Assembly: GCF_003334355.1 (NCBI RefSeq)
Contig: NZ_QOWP01000008.1
Strand: one strand, 5' to 3'
Length of the DNA: 64,000 nucleotides
Source: Escherichia coli
GTDB taxonomy: Bacteria > Pseudomonadota > Gammaproteobacteria > Enterobacterales > Enterobacteriaceae
Position 1 is the first letter of the stretch. Each line of letters opens with the position of its first letter. This document shows, piece by piece, positions 47,293-59,483 of this stretch. The notes beneath the pieces are model-generated. The model was not told the origin of the DNA. It saw only the letters and a list, made by a program, of their open reading frames with translations, and did no database searches. Position numbers and translations under genes: made by a program.

Positions 47293-48339
47293 TCAGGCTT
47301 CCTCTTGTAACAATAGCGCGTTGAGTTCTTCCAGTACGCGCTGGGGAGTAATGTCGATTAAGCTCTGGTGATAACCCTCCGCAGCGTCACCTTTACGCAC
47401 TTTGTGATAGCCGGTAATCAAACGGATCACGCGCGCTTTATGGGATAGCGGCGGTGTGAAGTCCGGGCTACTCGGACCATACAGGGCAACCAGCGGACGA
47501 TTGAGCGCCGCCGCAACATGCATCAGGCCAGAATCGTTAGTGACAATGGCTTTACAGGCTGCAATCAGGATAACCGCTTGATCAAGCTGTGTTTCCCCCG
47601 CCAGGTTCCGACACCATGCCTGCTGCTCGGTATTCAAAGCGGCAAGAATCTCATTGCCCGCTTCATGATCTTTCGCCGAGCCAAACAGAACCACCTGATA
47701 ACCTTCATCAATCAGCTGCTTTGCCAGCTCCGCATAGTGGTAGTGTGGCCAGCGTTTTGCCGGACCAAACTCCGCACCCGGGCAAAAACCAATCATCGGA
47801 CGTTCTGATGAAAGCGAAAATTGATTACAGGTATATGATTTTTCACCTTCGCTCACCTGCAACTGCGGCCATAACAATGGCTGCGGCAGATCTTGTGCTG
47901 TGCGCATAATGCCTTTGTCATAGGCCAGCGCTATATAGCGTTCCACCATTAGCGGCCAGGCTTCTTTAGCGAGCACGCGTACATCGTTGAGTAAACCGTA
48001 GCGCATCTCGCCGCGCCAGCCGGTGCGATGAGGAATACCCGCGAAGAAAGGCACTAATGCAGATTTGAAGGAGTTGGGTAAGACGTAGGCGCGGTCGTAG
48101 CGCTTTTCACGCAGGCTATGACCCAGTTTGCGGCGTTCGCCGATTTCCAGCGCTCCGTGACCGAGAGGCATAGGAATAGCTTCGTTAACTTCCGGCATCC
48201 GCGATAATAATGGACGGCACCATGCCGGTGCCATCACATCGATTATCGCCTGGGGATAGCGCGCCTGGAGCGTGCGATAGAGACTTTGCGACATCATCAT
48301 GTCGCCAACCCAAGACGGGCCGATCACCAGTATTTTCAT
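47293..48339 (-). CDS. waaF: LPS heptosyltransferase II, 348 aa
   Basis: MKILVIGPSWVGDMMMSQSLYRTL; GT9; 3 bp upstream of waaC. Confidence 0.9.
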   Translation of the reverse strand: MKILVIGPSWVGDMMMSQSLYRTLQARYPQAIIDVMAPAWCRPLLSRMPEVNEAIPMPLGHGALEIGERRKLGHSLREKRYDRAYVLPNSFKSALVPFFAGIPHRTGWRGEMRYGLLNDVRVLAKEAWPLMVERYIALAYDKGIMRTAQDLPQPLLWPQLQVSEGEKSYTCNQFSLSSERPMIGFCPGAEFGPAKRWPHYHYAELAKQLIDEGYQVVLFGSAKDHEAGNEILAALNTEQQAWCRNLAGETQLDQAVILIAACKAIVTNDSGLMHVAAALNRPLVALYGPSSPDFTPPLSHKARVIRLITGYHKVRKGDAAEGYHQSLIDITPQRVLEELNALLLQEEA

Positions 48340-48348
48340 GCAGAGCTC

Positions 48349-49281
48349 TTATGCGTCGCGATTCAGCCAGGCCATGTATTCCGTTACACCTTCAGCAACG
48401 GTTTTGAACGGTTTGTCGTAACCCGCCGCGCGCAGATTCGTCAGATCTGCCTGAGTGAACGCCTGATAGCGGCCTTTCAGTTTATCCGGGAACGGAATGT
48501 ATTCGATCTGGCCTTTCTTGTGATAAGCCAGCGTAGCATCAGCTACAGCCTGGAAGGATTCCGCACGACCAGTACCGAGATTGAAGATGCCGGAAACGCC
48601 ATTTTCCAGGAACCACAGATTCACATCAGCCACGTCGCCCACATAGACGAAGTCGCGTTTGAAGTTCTCGCTACCTTCAAACAGCTTCGGTGATTCACCG
48701 TTGTTAAGCTGGGTGTTGAGATGGAAAGCGACGCTCGCCATGCTGCCTTTATGGCCTTCACGCGGTCCATAAACGTTGAAATAACGGAAGCCAACAATCT
48801 GCGAGTTCGCTTCAGGCAGGATTTGACGAACATATTCATCAAACAGGAATTTTGAGTAACCGTAGACGTTCAACGGTTTTTCGTACTCGCGGGATTCAAT
48901 AAAGTCGGAGGTGCGTCCGCCGTAGGTGGCCGCGGAAGATGCATACAGGAACGGGATTTCGCGCTCCAGACAGTAGTGCAGCAGCTCTTTGGAGTATTGA
49001 TAGTTGTTATCCATCATATACTTGCCATCCCACTCGGTGGTGGAAGAGCATGCGCCTTCGTGGAAAATCGCTTCGACATCGCCGAACTCTTCGCCAGCCA
49101 TAATCTGGATCAGGAAGTCTTCCTTATCCATATAGTCCGCGATATCCAGATCCACCAGGTTCACAAACTTGGTGCCGTCTTTCAGGTTGTCCACCACCAG
49201 AATATCGGTGATGCCTTTATCATTCAGGGCCTTAACGATGTTGCTGCCGATAAAGCCCGCGCCGCCGGTAACGATGATCAT
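48349..49281 (-). CDS. hldD: ADP-L-glycero-D-manno-heptose 6-epimerase, 310 aa
   Basis: [23 protein letters not shown] Rossmann NAD-binding motif; first gene of the hldD-waaF-waaC operon. Confidence 0.9.
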
Positions 49282-49494
49282 AACTGTAACCTTCGAATTA
49301 TGGAGTCAGAGACAATCTCAGACACGAATACTTCTATCATATCACTACACGGCGTTGGCTTCAGCCATTCGCCAAAAGTGAGATTGATGGACGTTATTTA
49401 TCCTGAATTTTGCAGAAGTGTTAACGCGTCATCTCGTCGCGACCTATAAGTTTGGGTAATATGTGCTGGAATTTGCCCTGTCTGGAGAATCGCA

Positions 49495-50691
49495 ATGCGT
49501 GGAGAATTTTATCAGCAGTTAACCAACGATCTGGAAACCGCACGGGCGGAAGGGTTGTTTAAAGAAGAGCGCATTATTACGTCTGCGCAGCAAGCAGATA
49601 TCACTGTGGCTGATGGAAGCCACGTCATTAACTTTTGTGCCAATAACTATCTCGGGCTGGCGAATCATCCGGATCTGATTGCGGCGGCAAAGGCGGGAAT
49701 GGATTCTCACGGTTTCGGCATGGCTTCGGTGCGTTTTATTTGCGGCACTCAGGACAGCCATAAAGAGCTTGAACAAAAACTGGCGGCATTCCTGGGGATG
49801 GAAGATGCGATTCTCTACTCTTCCTGCTTTGATGCTAACGGTGGCCTGTTTGAAACGCTGCTGGGCGCGGAAGACGCCATTATCTCCGACGCACTGAACC
49901 ACGCGTCTATTATTGATGGTGTGCGTCTGTGTAAAGCTAAACGCTATCGCTATGCCAACAACGATATGCAGGAGCTGGAAGCACGTCTGAAAGAAGCGCG
50001 TGAAGCCGGTGCGCATCATGTGTTGATTGCCACCGATGGTGTGTTCTCGATGGACGGCGTGATTGCCAATCTGAAGGGCGTTTGCGATCTGGCAGATAAA
50101 TACGATGCCCTGGTGATGGTAGACGACTCCCACGCGGTCGGTTTTGTCGGTGAAAATGGTCGTGGTTCCCATGAATACTGCGATGTGATGGACCGGGTCG
50201 ATATTATCACCGGTACGCTTGGTAAAGCGCTGGGCGGGGCTTCTGGTGGTTATACCGCGGCGCGCAAAGAAGTGGTTGAGTGGCTGCGCCAGCGTTCTCG
50301 TCCGTATCTGTTCTCCAACTCGCTGGCACCGGCCATTGTTGCCGCTTCTATCAAAGTGCTGGAGATGGTTGAAGCGGGTAGCGAGCTGCGTGACCGTCTG
50401 TGGGCGAACGCGCGTCAGTTCCGTGAGCAAATGTCGGCGGCGGGCTTTACCCTGGCGGGAGCCGATCATGCCATTATTCCGGTCATGCTTGGTGATGCGG
50501 TAGTGGCGCAGAAATTTGCCCGTGAGCTGCAAAAAGAGGGCATTTACGTCACCGGTTTCTTCTATCCGGTCGTTCCGAAAGGTCAGGCGCGTATTCGTAC
50601 CCAGATGTCTGCGGCGCATACCCCTGAGCAAATTACGCGTGCAGTAGAAGCATTCACGCGTATTGGTAAACAACTGGGCGTTATTGCCTGA
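49495..50691 (+). CDS. kbl: 2-amino-3-ketobutyrate CoA ligase (glycine C-acetyltransferase), 398 aa
   Basis: 398 aa PLP-dependent class-II aminotransferase-like; [28 protein letters not shown]. Confidence 0.9.
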   Translation: MRGEFYQQLTNDLETARAEGLFKEERIITSAQQADITVADGSHVINFCANNYLGLANHPDLIAAAKAGMDSHGFGMASVRFICGTQDSHKELEQKLAAFLGMEDAILYSSCFDANGGLFETLLGAEDAIISDALNHASIIDGVRLCKAKRYRYANNDMQELEARLKEAREAGAHHVLIATDGVFSMDGVIANLKGVCDLADKYDALVMVDDSHAVGFVGENGRGSHEYCDVMDRVDIITGTLGKALGGASGGYTAARKEVVEWLRQRSRPYLFSNSLAPAIVAASIKVLEMVEAGSELRDRLWANARQFREQMSAAGFTLAGADHAIIPVMLGDAVVAQKFARELQKEGIYVTGFFYPVVPKGQARIRTQMSAAHTPEQITRAVEAFTRIGKQLGVIA

Positions 50692-50700
50692 GGATGTGAG

Positions 50701-51726
50701 ATGAAAGCGTTATCCAAACTGAAAGCGGAAGAGGGCATCTGGATGACCGACGTTCCTGTACCGGAACTCGGGCATAACGATCTGCTGATTAAAATCCGTA
50801 AAACAGCCATCTGCGGGACTGACGTTCACATCTATAACTGGGATGAGTGGTCGCAAAAAACCATCCCGGTGCCGATGGTCGTGGGCCATGAATATGTCGG
50901 TGAAGTGGTAGGTATTGGTCAGGAAGTGAAAGGCTTCAAGATTGGCGATCGCGTTTCTGGCGAAGGCCATATCACTTGCGGTCACTGTCGCAACTGTCGT
51001 GGCGGTCGTACCCATCTGTGCCGCAACACGATCGGCGTCGGCGTTAACCGTCCGGGCTGCTTCGCCGAATATCTGGTGATCCCGGCGTTCAACGCCTTCA
51101 AAATCCCAGACAATATCTCCGACGACCTGGCTTCCATTTTTGATCCCTTCGGTAACGCCGTGCATACCGCGCTGTCGTTCGATCTGGTTGGCGAGGATGT
51201 GCTGGTCTCTGGTGCAGGTCCGATAGGTATTATGGCTGCGGCGGTGGCGAAACACGTTGGTGCACGCAATGTGGTGATCACTGATGTTAATGAATATCGT
51301 CTCGAACTGGCGCGCAAAATGGGTATCACCCGTGCGGTCAACGTCGCTAAAGAAAACCTTAATGATGTGATGGCAGAACTGGGCATGACCGAAGGTTTTG
51401 ATGTCGGTCTGGAAATGTCCGGTGCGCCGCCAGCGTTTCGTACCATGCTTGACACCATGAACCACGGCGGCCGTATTGCGATGCTGGGTATTCCGCCGTC
51501 TGATATGTCTATCGACTGGACCAAAGTGATCTTTAAAGGCTTGTTCATTAAAGGTATTTACGGTCGTGAGATGTTTGAAACCTGGTACAAGATGGCGGCG
51601 CTGATTCAGTCTGGCCTCGATCTTTCGCCGATCATTACCCATCGTTTCTCTATCGATGATTTCCAGAAGGGCTTTGACGCTATGCGTTCGGGCCAGTCCG
51701 GGAAAGTTATTCTGAGCTGGGATTAA
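50701..51726 (+). CDS. tdh: L-threonine 3-dehydrogenase, 341 aa
   Basis: zinc-ADH family; [43 protein letters not shown]. Confidence 0.9.
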
Positions 51727-51734
51727 CACGAACA

Positions 51735-51757
51735 AGGGCTGGTATTCCAGCCCTTTT
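51735..51757 (+). terminator. rho-independent terminator of kbl-tdh
   Basis: agggctgg-tatt-ccagccct stem-loop followed by TTT, 8 bp after the tdh stop. Confidence 0.7.
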
Positions 51758-51964
51758 ATCTGAGGATAATCTGTTAAATATGTAAAATCCTGTCAGTGTA
51801 ATAAAGAGTTCGTAATTGTGCTGATCTCTTATATAGCTGCTCTCATTATCTCTCTACCCTGAAGTGACTCTCTCACCTGTAAAAATAATATCTCACAGGC
51901 TTAATAGTTTCTTAATACAAAGCCTGTAAAACGTCAGGATAACTTCAGAGGTCGTCGGTAATTT

Positions 51965-52999
51965 ATGATGAACAGCACCAATAAACTTAGTGTTATTATT
52001 CCGTTATATAATGCGGGCGATGATTTCCGCACTTGTATGGAATCTTTAATTACGCAAACCTGGACTGCTCTGGAAATCATTATTATTAACGATGGTTCAA
52101 CGGATAATTCTGTTGAAATAGCAAAGTATTACGCAGAAAACTATCCGCACGTTCGTTTGTTGCATCAGGCGAATGCTGGCGCATCGGTGGCGCGTAATCG
52201 TGGGATTGAAGTTGCAACGGGCAAATATGTCGCTTTTGTCGATGCTGACGATGAAGTCTATCCCACCATGTACGAAACGCTGATGACCATGGCGTTAGAG
52301 GACGACCTCGACGTGGCGCAGTGCAACGCTGACTGGTGTTTTCGTGAAACGGGAGAAACCTGGCAATCCATCCCCACCGATCGCCTTCGCTCAACCGGCG
52401 TCTTAACCGGCCCGGACTGGCTGCGGATGGGGCTTTCTTCGCGCCGTTGGACTCACGTTGTCTGGATGGGGGTTTATCGCCGTGATGTTATTGTTAAAAA
52501 TAACATTAAATTTATTGCCGGATTACATCATCAGGATATTGTCTGGACAACAGAATTCATGTTTAACGCGCTGCGTGCGCGATATACCGAGCAATCATTA
52601 TATAAATATTATCTGCATAATACGTCAGTGAGTCGGTTGCATAGACAAGGGAATAAAAACCTTAATTATCAACGTCACTATATTAAGATTACCCGCCTGC
52701 TGGAGAAATTAAATCGAAATTATGCCGACAAAATTATGATTTATCCGGAATTTCATCAGCAAATAACTTACGAGGCATTGCGTGTTTGCCATGCGGTGCG
52801 CAAAGAGCCGGATATTCTTACCCGCCAACGGATGATTGCCGAGATATTTACTTCCGGTATGTATAAGCGCCTGATTACCAATGTGCGCAGCGTGAAGGTC
52901 GGTTACCAGGCGTTACTGTGGTCTTTCCGCTTATGGCAATGGCGCGACAAAACGCGGTCGCACCATCGCATTACGCGTAGCGCCTTTAATTTGCGCTAG
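51965..52999 (+). CDS. waaH: family-2 glycosyltransferase (WaaH/YibB type, inner-core glucuronic acid transferase), 344 aa
   Basis: GT2 N-terminus KLSVIIPLYNAGDDF and DADDE motif; AT-rich upstream region. Confidence 0.7.
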   Translation: MMNSTNKLSVIIPLYNAGDDFRTCMESLITQTWTALEIIIINDGSTDNSVEIAKYYAENYPHVRLLHQANAGASVARNRGIEVATGKYVAFVDADDEVYPTMYETLMTMALEDDLDVAQCNADWCFRETGETWQSIPTDRLRSTGVLTGPDWLRMGLSSRRWTHVVWMGVYRRDVIVKNNIKFIAGLHHQDIVWTTEFMFNALRARYTEQSLYKYYLHNTSVSRLHRQGNKNLNYQRHYIKITRLLEKLNRNYADKIMIYPEFHQQITYEALRVCHAVRKEPDILTRQRMIAEIFTSGMYKRLITNVRSVKVGYQALLWSFRLWQWRDKTRSHHRITRSAFNLR

Positions 53000-53945
53000 C
53001 GTTAAACTTCGCCGCTTCGGGCTGTTTGCCCCAGCCTTGCCACTGATGCTGGAAGTAAACGATCAGCGTGCTCTGGCTGATGCTTTCGCTTAATACTTCA
53101 AAGAAGCGATTAGCATAAACAGGTTCTATCGGTTTCTTCGGTTTGCACAGCTTCACGCCACGGAACGGATTACGCGGTGCATCAGGCACAGCGTTTTTCG
53201 GCGGTGTAGAAGTATCAACCTGCGGTTCATTCAGCAAGCTGCTGGCTTTCACCAGCGTAATGTCTGGCGGCAGGTTATAAACCATCTGTTGTAGCACGCG
53301 TACCGTTGAAGGGTGAGGATGCCCAATGGCAATGGTTGAACCGTTGCGACGCGCCAGATCAATTGCGCGATTAAATTGCACACGGATGTCCGCTTCGTTC
53401 TGCGAATCGTCGAGGAACACCTTCCGTTTGATCACCTTCACGCCAGTACCTTGCGCGGCGCGCATCGCCTGGGTATTACCGATGGTTACGCTGTCGAGGA
53501 AGTAAAGATTGTAACGCTCCAGTGCCTGCATCACTTTCTGCATACCAAACAGGTTAGAGGTCATCTTGCTACCCATGTGGTTGTTGATCCCCACGGCATA
53601 GGGCACGTTATTGACCGCACTACGAATAATGCGCTCAATTTCGTCGCTGCTCATCTCCGGGCGCAGCGTATTTTTCTCCAGCGGCTGTTTACTCAGTGGT
53701 GCCATCGGGAGATGAATCAACACTTCGTGCCCGCTGTTATGCGCTTTGGTCGCCATCTCTCTGGCGTGCGGTGAATCGGGTAATACAGCGACGGAGATAG
53801 CGGAGGGCATCGCCAGCACCTGGTTTTCGTTGTGCGGGCGATACCCAAAATCATCAATGACGATGGCAAGTTTGCCAGCAAGTACGGGGGAGGAGAGCGC
53901 CAACAGAGCGGCAAATGCAAGAACGTTACGACGAAATGGAAACAA
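52986..53945 (-). CDS. yibQ: polysaccharide deacetylase-like divergent periplasmic protein YibQ, 319 aa
   Basis: 319 aa with signal peptide MFPFRRNVLAFAALLALSSPVLA; overlaps the waaH 3' end by 14 bp. Confidence 0.7.
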   Translation of the reverse strand: MFPFRRNVLAFAALLALSSPVLAGKLAIVIDDFGYRPHNENQVLAMPSAISVAVLPDSPHAREMATKAHNSGHEVLIHLPMAPLSKQPLEKNTLRPEMSSDEIERIIRSAVNNVPYAVGINNHMGSKMTSNLFGMQKVMQALERYNLYFLDSVTIGNTQAMRAAQGTGVKVIKRKVFLDDSQNEADIRVQFNRAIDLARRNGSTIAIGHPHPSTVRVLQQMVYNLPPDITLVKASSLLNEPQVDTSTPPKNAVPDAPRNPFRGVKLCKPKKPIEPVYANRFFEVLSESISQSTLIVYFQHQWQGWGKQPEAAKFNASAN

Positions 53946-53948
53946 AAC

Positions 53949-55208
53949 TTATCTTCCCAACCACGGCTGTGGATTGACCGCCTGACCCTGGCGGCGAATT
54001 TCGAAATAGAGTGAAGGCCGACCCTGACCGCCACTGCTGCCCACCAGTGCAATTGGCTGGCCCGCGCGAACCTGCGAACCAACGCTCACCAGTGCGCTCT
54101 GATTATAGCCGTAAAGACTCATGTCGCCTTTACCATGCTCAACCACCACCACCAGACCGTAGCCTTGCAGCCAGTCAGCCAGAATCACCCGACCGTCGGC
54201 AATCGCTTTAACTTCAGTACCTTCAGAGGCACCAATCACCATCCCTTTCCAGCGTAATTCACCCTGTAGCTGCTCGCCATAGCGATGCAGCGTCGGCCCG
54301 CGAACCGGCCAGAATGCCTGACCACGCGGCGCACCCAGGCCACCAGTTCGGGACATCAGCGATTTTTCGCTTTCGGTCGGTTTGTAGGTGGTGCCTTTGC
54401 GCGTCGCTTCTTTCTGGCGGTCGCGAACCGCCTGGGCCTCACGTGCTTCTCGTTCTGCACGCGCTTTCGCCGCGGCTTCCGCACGGGCAATGCTGTTACG
54501 CAGACGGGATTCGTTGGCACGCAGTTCACTTAGCTGCTGCTGACCTTGCTGGATGGAAGATTCCAGCCCCGCCAGCGTCTTTTTACGCTCATTCAGAGCC
54601 TGAGTCAGTTTCGCCTGTTGGGCGCGCTGTTCATATAACAGCGTTTGTTGCTCGCTTTGTTTCTCTTCCAGTTCAGCACGCTGCATGGCGACTTCTTCAC
54701 GCGTTTGCTTCAACTGGGCAATGGTTTCTTGTCGCGCCTGGTTGAGATAGCCGAAATAAGCCTGTAAACGCTGTCCACGCTGGCTTTCTTCACCGCTGAG
54801 AATCAGCTGAATACCGGTATGCTCGCCCTGACGGAATGCGGCATCCAGTTGTGCGGCGAGGCTGCGCTCCTGGGCGGCTTTTTGCTGCTCCAGTTTGGCA
54901 ATCGACGCGTTCATCTCATCAATCTGTTTATTGAGTTGATTGAGCGTGTTTTGCGTTTCGCGCAGCTTACGGGTGGCTTCAGAGATCGCTTCTTCCTGCT
55001 TTTTCAATTGTGCGAGCAGGCTTGCGCGTTGTTGTTGCTTTTGGCGTACCGCGCGCTCTTTCGCGGCGATATCGGCCTGAATAGATTTGAGTTGGTCACG
55101 CTCATCCGCATGGGCGGAAAAGGCGCACAACAATACGCCAGCGCTAAGAACGCTGGCGTAGATGATGGGCCTGATTGCAAACCTGCGCGGTTTCACGGCC
55201 CGTGTCAT
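53949..55208 (-). CDS. envC: murein hydrolase activator EnvC (coiled-coil plus LytM domain), 419 aa
   Basis: ORF 53949..55232; start MTRAVKPRRF; long Q/E/A-rich coiled coil then C-terminal peptidase M23-like domain. Confidence 0.85.
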   Translation of the reverse strand: MTRAVKPRRFAIRPIIYASVLSAGVLLCAFSAHADERDQLKSIQADIAAKERAVRQKQQQRASLLAQLKKQEEAISEATRKLRETQNTLNQLNKQIDEMNASIAKLEQQKAAQERSLAAQLDAAFRQGEHTGIQLILSGEESQRGQRLQAYFGYLNQARQETIAQLKQTREEVAMQRAELEEKQSEQQTLLYEQRAQQAKLTQALNERKKTLAGLESSIQQGQQQLSELRANESRLRNSIARAEAAAKARAEREAREAQAVRDRQKEATRKGTTYKPTESEKSLMSRTGGLGAPRGQAFWPVRGPTLHRYGEQLQGELRWKGMVIGASEGTEVKAIADGRVILADWLQGYGLVVVVEHGKGDMSLYGYNQSALVSVGSQVRAGQPIALVGSSGGQGRPSLYFEIRRQGQAVNPQPWLGR

Positions 55209-55241
55209 GGTATTAATCGCCTTTCCCCTCATGGGGAGGGA

Positions 55242-56786
55242 TTATTCCACGATGAACAGCGGCTTACCAGTCATCTCTTGCGGGATTTCCATACCCATCA
55301 GCGACAACATGGTCGGCGCGATGTCAGAAAGTTTGCCGCCTGCAACCGCTTTCACGTTCTTATCACCAACGTAAATCAGCGGAACTGGCAGGTTGGTGTG
55401 TGCCGTGTGTGCCTGACCCGTTGCCGGATCGCGCATCTGTTCAGCGTTACCGTGGTCAGCGGTGATCAGCAGTTGTCCACCCACGGACTCAACCGCTTTC
55501 GCGACTTCTTCCACGCAGTGATCCAGTGCTTCAACCGCTTTAACCGCCGCTTCCATCACCCCGGTGTGACCTACCATGTCACCGTTCGGATAGTTACAGA
55601 TAATGGTGTCGTATTTGCCGCTCTTGATGGCCGCAACCAGTTTTTCGGTCAGCTCTGCGGAGCTCATTTCCGGTTGCAGATCGTAGGTAGCCACTTTCGG
55701 TGAGTTGATCAGAATGCGATCTTCGCCTTTGAACGACTCTTCTACGCCACCGTTGAAGAAGAAAGTAACGTGGGCATATTTTTCGGTTTCGGAAATACGC
55801 AACTGAGTTTTGTCGTTTTTCGCCATCCACTCGCCGAAGGTGTTAACCAGGGAAGCGGGTGGGTAAGCAACCGCAGTTTTGATGTCAGCGGCGTATTCGG
55901 TCAGCATCACGAAATCGACGTTAACCACTTTCTTACGCGCGAAGCCGTCGAAATCTGCGTTTACGAATGCACGAGTGATTTCGCGCGCGCGGTCAGCACG
56001 GAAGTTCATGAAAATCAGCGCATCGCCGTCTTCCATTGCCGCATCTGGCTGACCTTCTGCACGAATAACGGTCGCTTTCACGAACTCGTCGTTTTCGTCG
56101 CGAGCATAAGCTGCCTGCAAACCAGCAACGGCAGTATCGGCCTGGAACTCACCCTGCGCCAGAGTCAGCAGGTCATAGGCTTTTTCAACGCGATCCCAAC
56201 GGTTATCGCGGTCCATCGCGTAGTAACGACCAATGATGGACGCTACGCGGCCTTTACCCAGCGCAGCAAATTTCTCTTCAAATTTTTTCAGCGAGGATTC
56301 AGCACTGCGCGGCGGGGTGTCGCGACCGTCAAGGAATGCGTGCAGGTAGATTTTTTCTGCGCCGCGTTCAGCTGCCAGTTCTACCATCGCCATGATGTGA
56401 TCTTCGTGGCTGTGTACGCCGCCTGCGGAGAGCAGACCCATAATGTGTACTGCTTTACCTGCGTTTTTCGCTTTATCTACCGCGCCAGTCAGCACTGGAT
56501 TAGCAAAGAAAGCGCGATCTTTGATTTCAACGTCCAGACGAGTCAGGTCCTGATACACGATGCGGCCGGCACCCAGGTTAACGTGGCCTACTTCGGAGTT
56601 ACCCATCTGACGGTCAGGCAGACCGACTTCCAGACCGGAAGCGTCGATCAGGGTATGCGGACGATTGGCCCACAGTGCATCCATTACCGGGGTTTTAGCA
56701 CTAAAAATGGCGTTATCCTGCTGTTCTTCACGATAGCCATAGCCATCCAGAATCACCAGTACCATAGGTTTTTTAGAAACCGACAT
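55242..56786 (-). CDS. gpmI: 2,3-bisphosphoglycerate-independent phosphoglycerate mutase, 514 aa
   Basis: ORF 55242..56930; start [19 protein letters not shown] (ATG 56784-56786). Confidence 0.9.
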
Positions 56787-57030
56787 TGCGACAACCTCAT
56801 ACTCAAGAGTCAAAATTTGCGTAATTTTACTACAGCTGAATCGATAAAATAGCCTCTGAAGATCAAAATATACGACCGCTCGCGGCAAGCCGATGCCAGA
56901 TTTGCGCTTTTTTTTCGTCGTGCCCCGCAAAATTGCATTCCAGTTAACGCGCTGGCTGTATTTGCCGCACCGCGCAGGTATACTCCTTTCCTGGTTTTTT
57001 TAATCACTACGTCGGGAGTTGTTACCCCCC

Positions 57031-57462
57031 ATGCAAGAAATTATGCAATTTGTTGGCCGTCATCCCATACTGAGTATCGCCTGGATCGCGTTACTGGTGG
57101 CGGTTCTTGTGACTACGTTTAAGAGCCTGACCTCGAAAGTGAAGGTGATTACTCGTGGTGAAGCTACGCGTCTGATCAACAAAGAAGACGCTGTGGTTGT
57201 GGATTTACGTCAGCGTGATGACTTCCGTAAAGGCCATATCGCAGGTTCTATCAATCTGTTGCCGAGCGAAATCAAAGCCAACAATGTTGGTGAGCTTGAG
57301 AAGCACAAAGACAAACCGGTTATCGTGGTAGACGGTTCTGGCATGCAGTGCCAGGAGCCTGCAAACGCACTGACGAAAGCTGGTTTTGCGCAAGTATTCG
57401 TGCTGAAAGAAGGCGTCGCTGGCTGGGCTGGCGAAAACTTGCCTTTGGTGCGCGGCAAATAA
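57031..57462 (+). CDS. yibN: rhodanese-domain inner membrane protein YibN, 143 aa
   Basis: ORF 57019..57462; start [15 protein letters not shown]; N-terminal TM helix then rhodanese-like domain. Confidence 0.75.
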
Positions 57463-57603
57463 TTTACCTGTCGTCTTTCATGATGCAGGCCGTTAGCTGC
57501 AATTAGGCCCCCAGCGACTTATTGTTATAAGCTTCTGGGGACACTCCATTTTGCAGCCGCCCTGCAACATGAAATTTCAGGGTAAAAAAACAGGAGCTAA
57601 ATT

Positions 57604-57855
57604 ATGGCCAATGTTGAAATCTATACCAAAGAAACCTGCCCGTATTGCCATCGTGCAAAAGCACTGCTGAGCAGCAAGGGCGTGAGTTTTCAGGAGTTGC
57701 CGATCGATGGCAATGCCGCCAAGCGTGAAGAGATGATCAAACGCAGCGGTCGCACCACGGTTCCCCAGATTTTTATTGACGCACAGCACATTGGCGGCTG
57801 TGATGACTTGTATGCATTGGATGCACGTGGTGGACTGGATCCCCTGCTGAAATAA
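57604..57855 (+). CDS. grxC: glutaredoxin 3, 83 aa
   Basis: [22 protein letters not shown] with CPYC active site. Confidence 0.92.
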
Positions 57856-57917
57856 CGTGTGAACGTTGGCATTACATTGCGCAGTATTTAAGGACAACAC
57901 TTAAGGGTTTTCTACAC

Positions 57918-58385
57918 ATGTCAGAACAAAACAACACCGAAATGACTTTCCAGATCCAACGTATTTATACCAAGGATATTTCTTTCGAAGCGCCGAACGC
58001 GCCGCACGTTTTCCAGAAAGATTGGCAGCCAGAAGTTAAACTTGATCTGGATACGGCATCTACTCAACTGGCAGATGACGTTTACGAAGTGGTACTGCGT
58101 GTTACCGTAACGGCCTCCCTGGGCGAAGAAACCGCGTTCCTGTGTGAAGTTCAGCAGGGCGGTATTTTCTCCATCGCGGGTATCGAAGGCACCCAGATGG
58201 CACATTGCCTGGGCGCATACTGCCCGAACATTCTGTTCCCGTATGCTCGTGAGTGCATCACCAGCATGGTATCCCGCGGTACATTCCCGCAACTGAACCT
58301 TGCGCCGGTTAACTTCGATGCGCTGTTCATGAACTATTTGCAGCAGCAGGCTGGCGAAGGTACTGAAGAACATCAGGATGCCTGA
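57918..58385 (+). CDS. secB: protein-export chaperone SecB, 155 aa
   Basis: [33 protein letters not shown]. Confidence 0.92.
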
Positions 58386-59404
58386 TGAACCAACGTAATG
58401 CTTCAATGACTGTGATCGGTGCCGGCTCGTACGGCACCGCTCTTGCCATTACCCTGGCAAGAAATGGCCACGAGGTTGTCCTCTGGGGCCATGACCCTGA
58501 ACATATCGCAACGCTTGAACGCGACCGCTGTAACGCCGCGTTTCTCCCCGATGTGCCTTTTCCCGATACGCTCCATCTTGAAAGCGATCTCGCCACTGCG
58601 CTGGCAGCCAGCCGTAATATTCTCGTCGTCGTACCCAGCCATGTCTTTGGTGAAGTGCTGCGCCAGATTAAACCGCTGATGCGTCCTGATGCGCGTCTGG
58701 TGTGGGCGACCAAAGGGCTGGAAGCGGAAACCGGGCGTCTGTTACAGGACGTGGCCCGCGAGGCGTTAGGCGATCAAATTCCGCTGGCGGTTATCTCTGG
58801 CCCAACGTTTGCGAAAGAACTGGCGGCAGGTTTACCGACAGCTATTTCGCTGGCCTCGACCGATCAGACCTTTGCTGATGATCTTCAGCAGCTGCTGCAC
58901 TGCGGCAAAAGTTTCCGCGTTTACAGTAACCCGGATTTCATTGGCGTGCAGCTTGGCGGCGCGGTGAAAAACGTCATTGCCATTGGTGCGGGGATGTCCG
59001 ACGGTATCGGTTTTGGTGCGAATGCGCGTACGGCGCTGATCACCCGTGGGCTGGCTGAAATGTCGCGTCTTGGCGCGGCGCTGGGTGCCGATCCTGCCAC
59101 CTTTATGGGCATGGCGGGGCTGGGGGATCTGGTGCTTACCTGTACCGACAACCAGTCGCGTAACCGCCGTTTTGGCATGATGCTCGGTCAGGGCATGGAT
59201 GTACAAAGCGCGCAGGAGAAGATTGGTCAGGTGGTGGAAGGCTACCGCAATACGAAAGAAGTCCGCGAACTGGCGCATCGCTTCGGCGTAGAAATGCCAA
59301 TAACCGAGGAAATTTATCAAGTATTATATTGCGGAAAAAACGCGCGCGAGGCAGCATTGACGTTATTAGGTCGTGCACGCAAGGACGAGCGCAGCAGCCA
59401 CTAA
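58385..59404 (+). CDS. gpsA: NAD(P)H-dependent glycerol-3-phosphate dehydrogenase, 339 aa
   Basis: [31 protein letters not shown]; start overlaps the secB stop. Confidence 0.9.
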   Translation: MNQRNASMTVIGAGSYGTALAITLARNGHEVVLWGHDPEHIATLERDRCNAAFLPDVPFPDTLHLESDLATALAASRNILVVVPSHVFGEVLRQIKPLMRPDARLVWATKGLEAETGRLLQDVAREALGDQIPLAVISGPTFAKELAAGLPTAISLASTDQTFADDLQQLLHCGKSFRVYSNPDFIGVQLGGAVKNVIAIGAGMSDGIGFGANARTALITRGLAEMSRLGAALGADPATFMGMAGLGDLVLTCTDNQSRNRRFGMMLGQGMDVQSAQEKIGQVVEGYRNTKEVRELAHRFGVEMPITEEIYQVLYCGKNAREAALTLLGRARKDERSSH

Positions 59405-59483
59405 CCCCAGGGAACCTTTGTTACCGCTATGACCCGGCCCGCGCAGAACGGGCCGGTCATTATCTCATCGTGTGGAGTAAGCA

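Noticed and set aside
51727-51964. PhoB boxes upstream of waaH.
   Set aside because: Several CTGTaaa / CTGTCAg half-site-like motifs are present, but none forms a convincing pair of 7-bp direct repeats with a 4-bp AT spacer. Too weak to call without a matrix scan.
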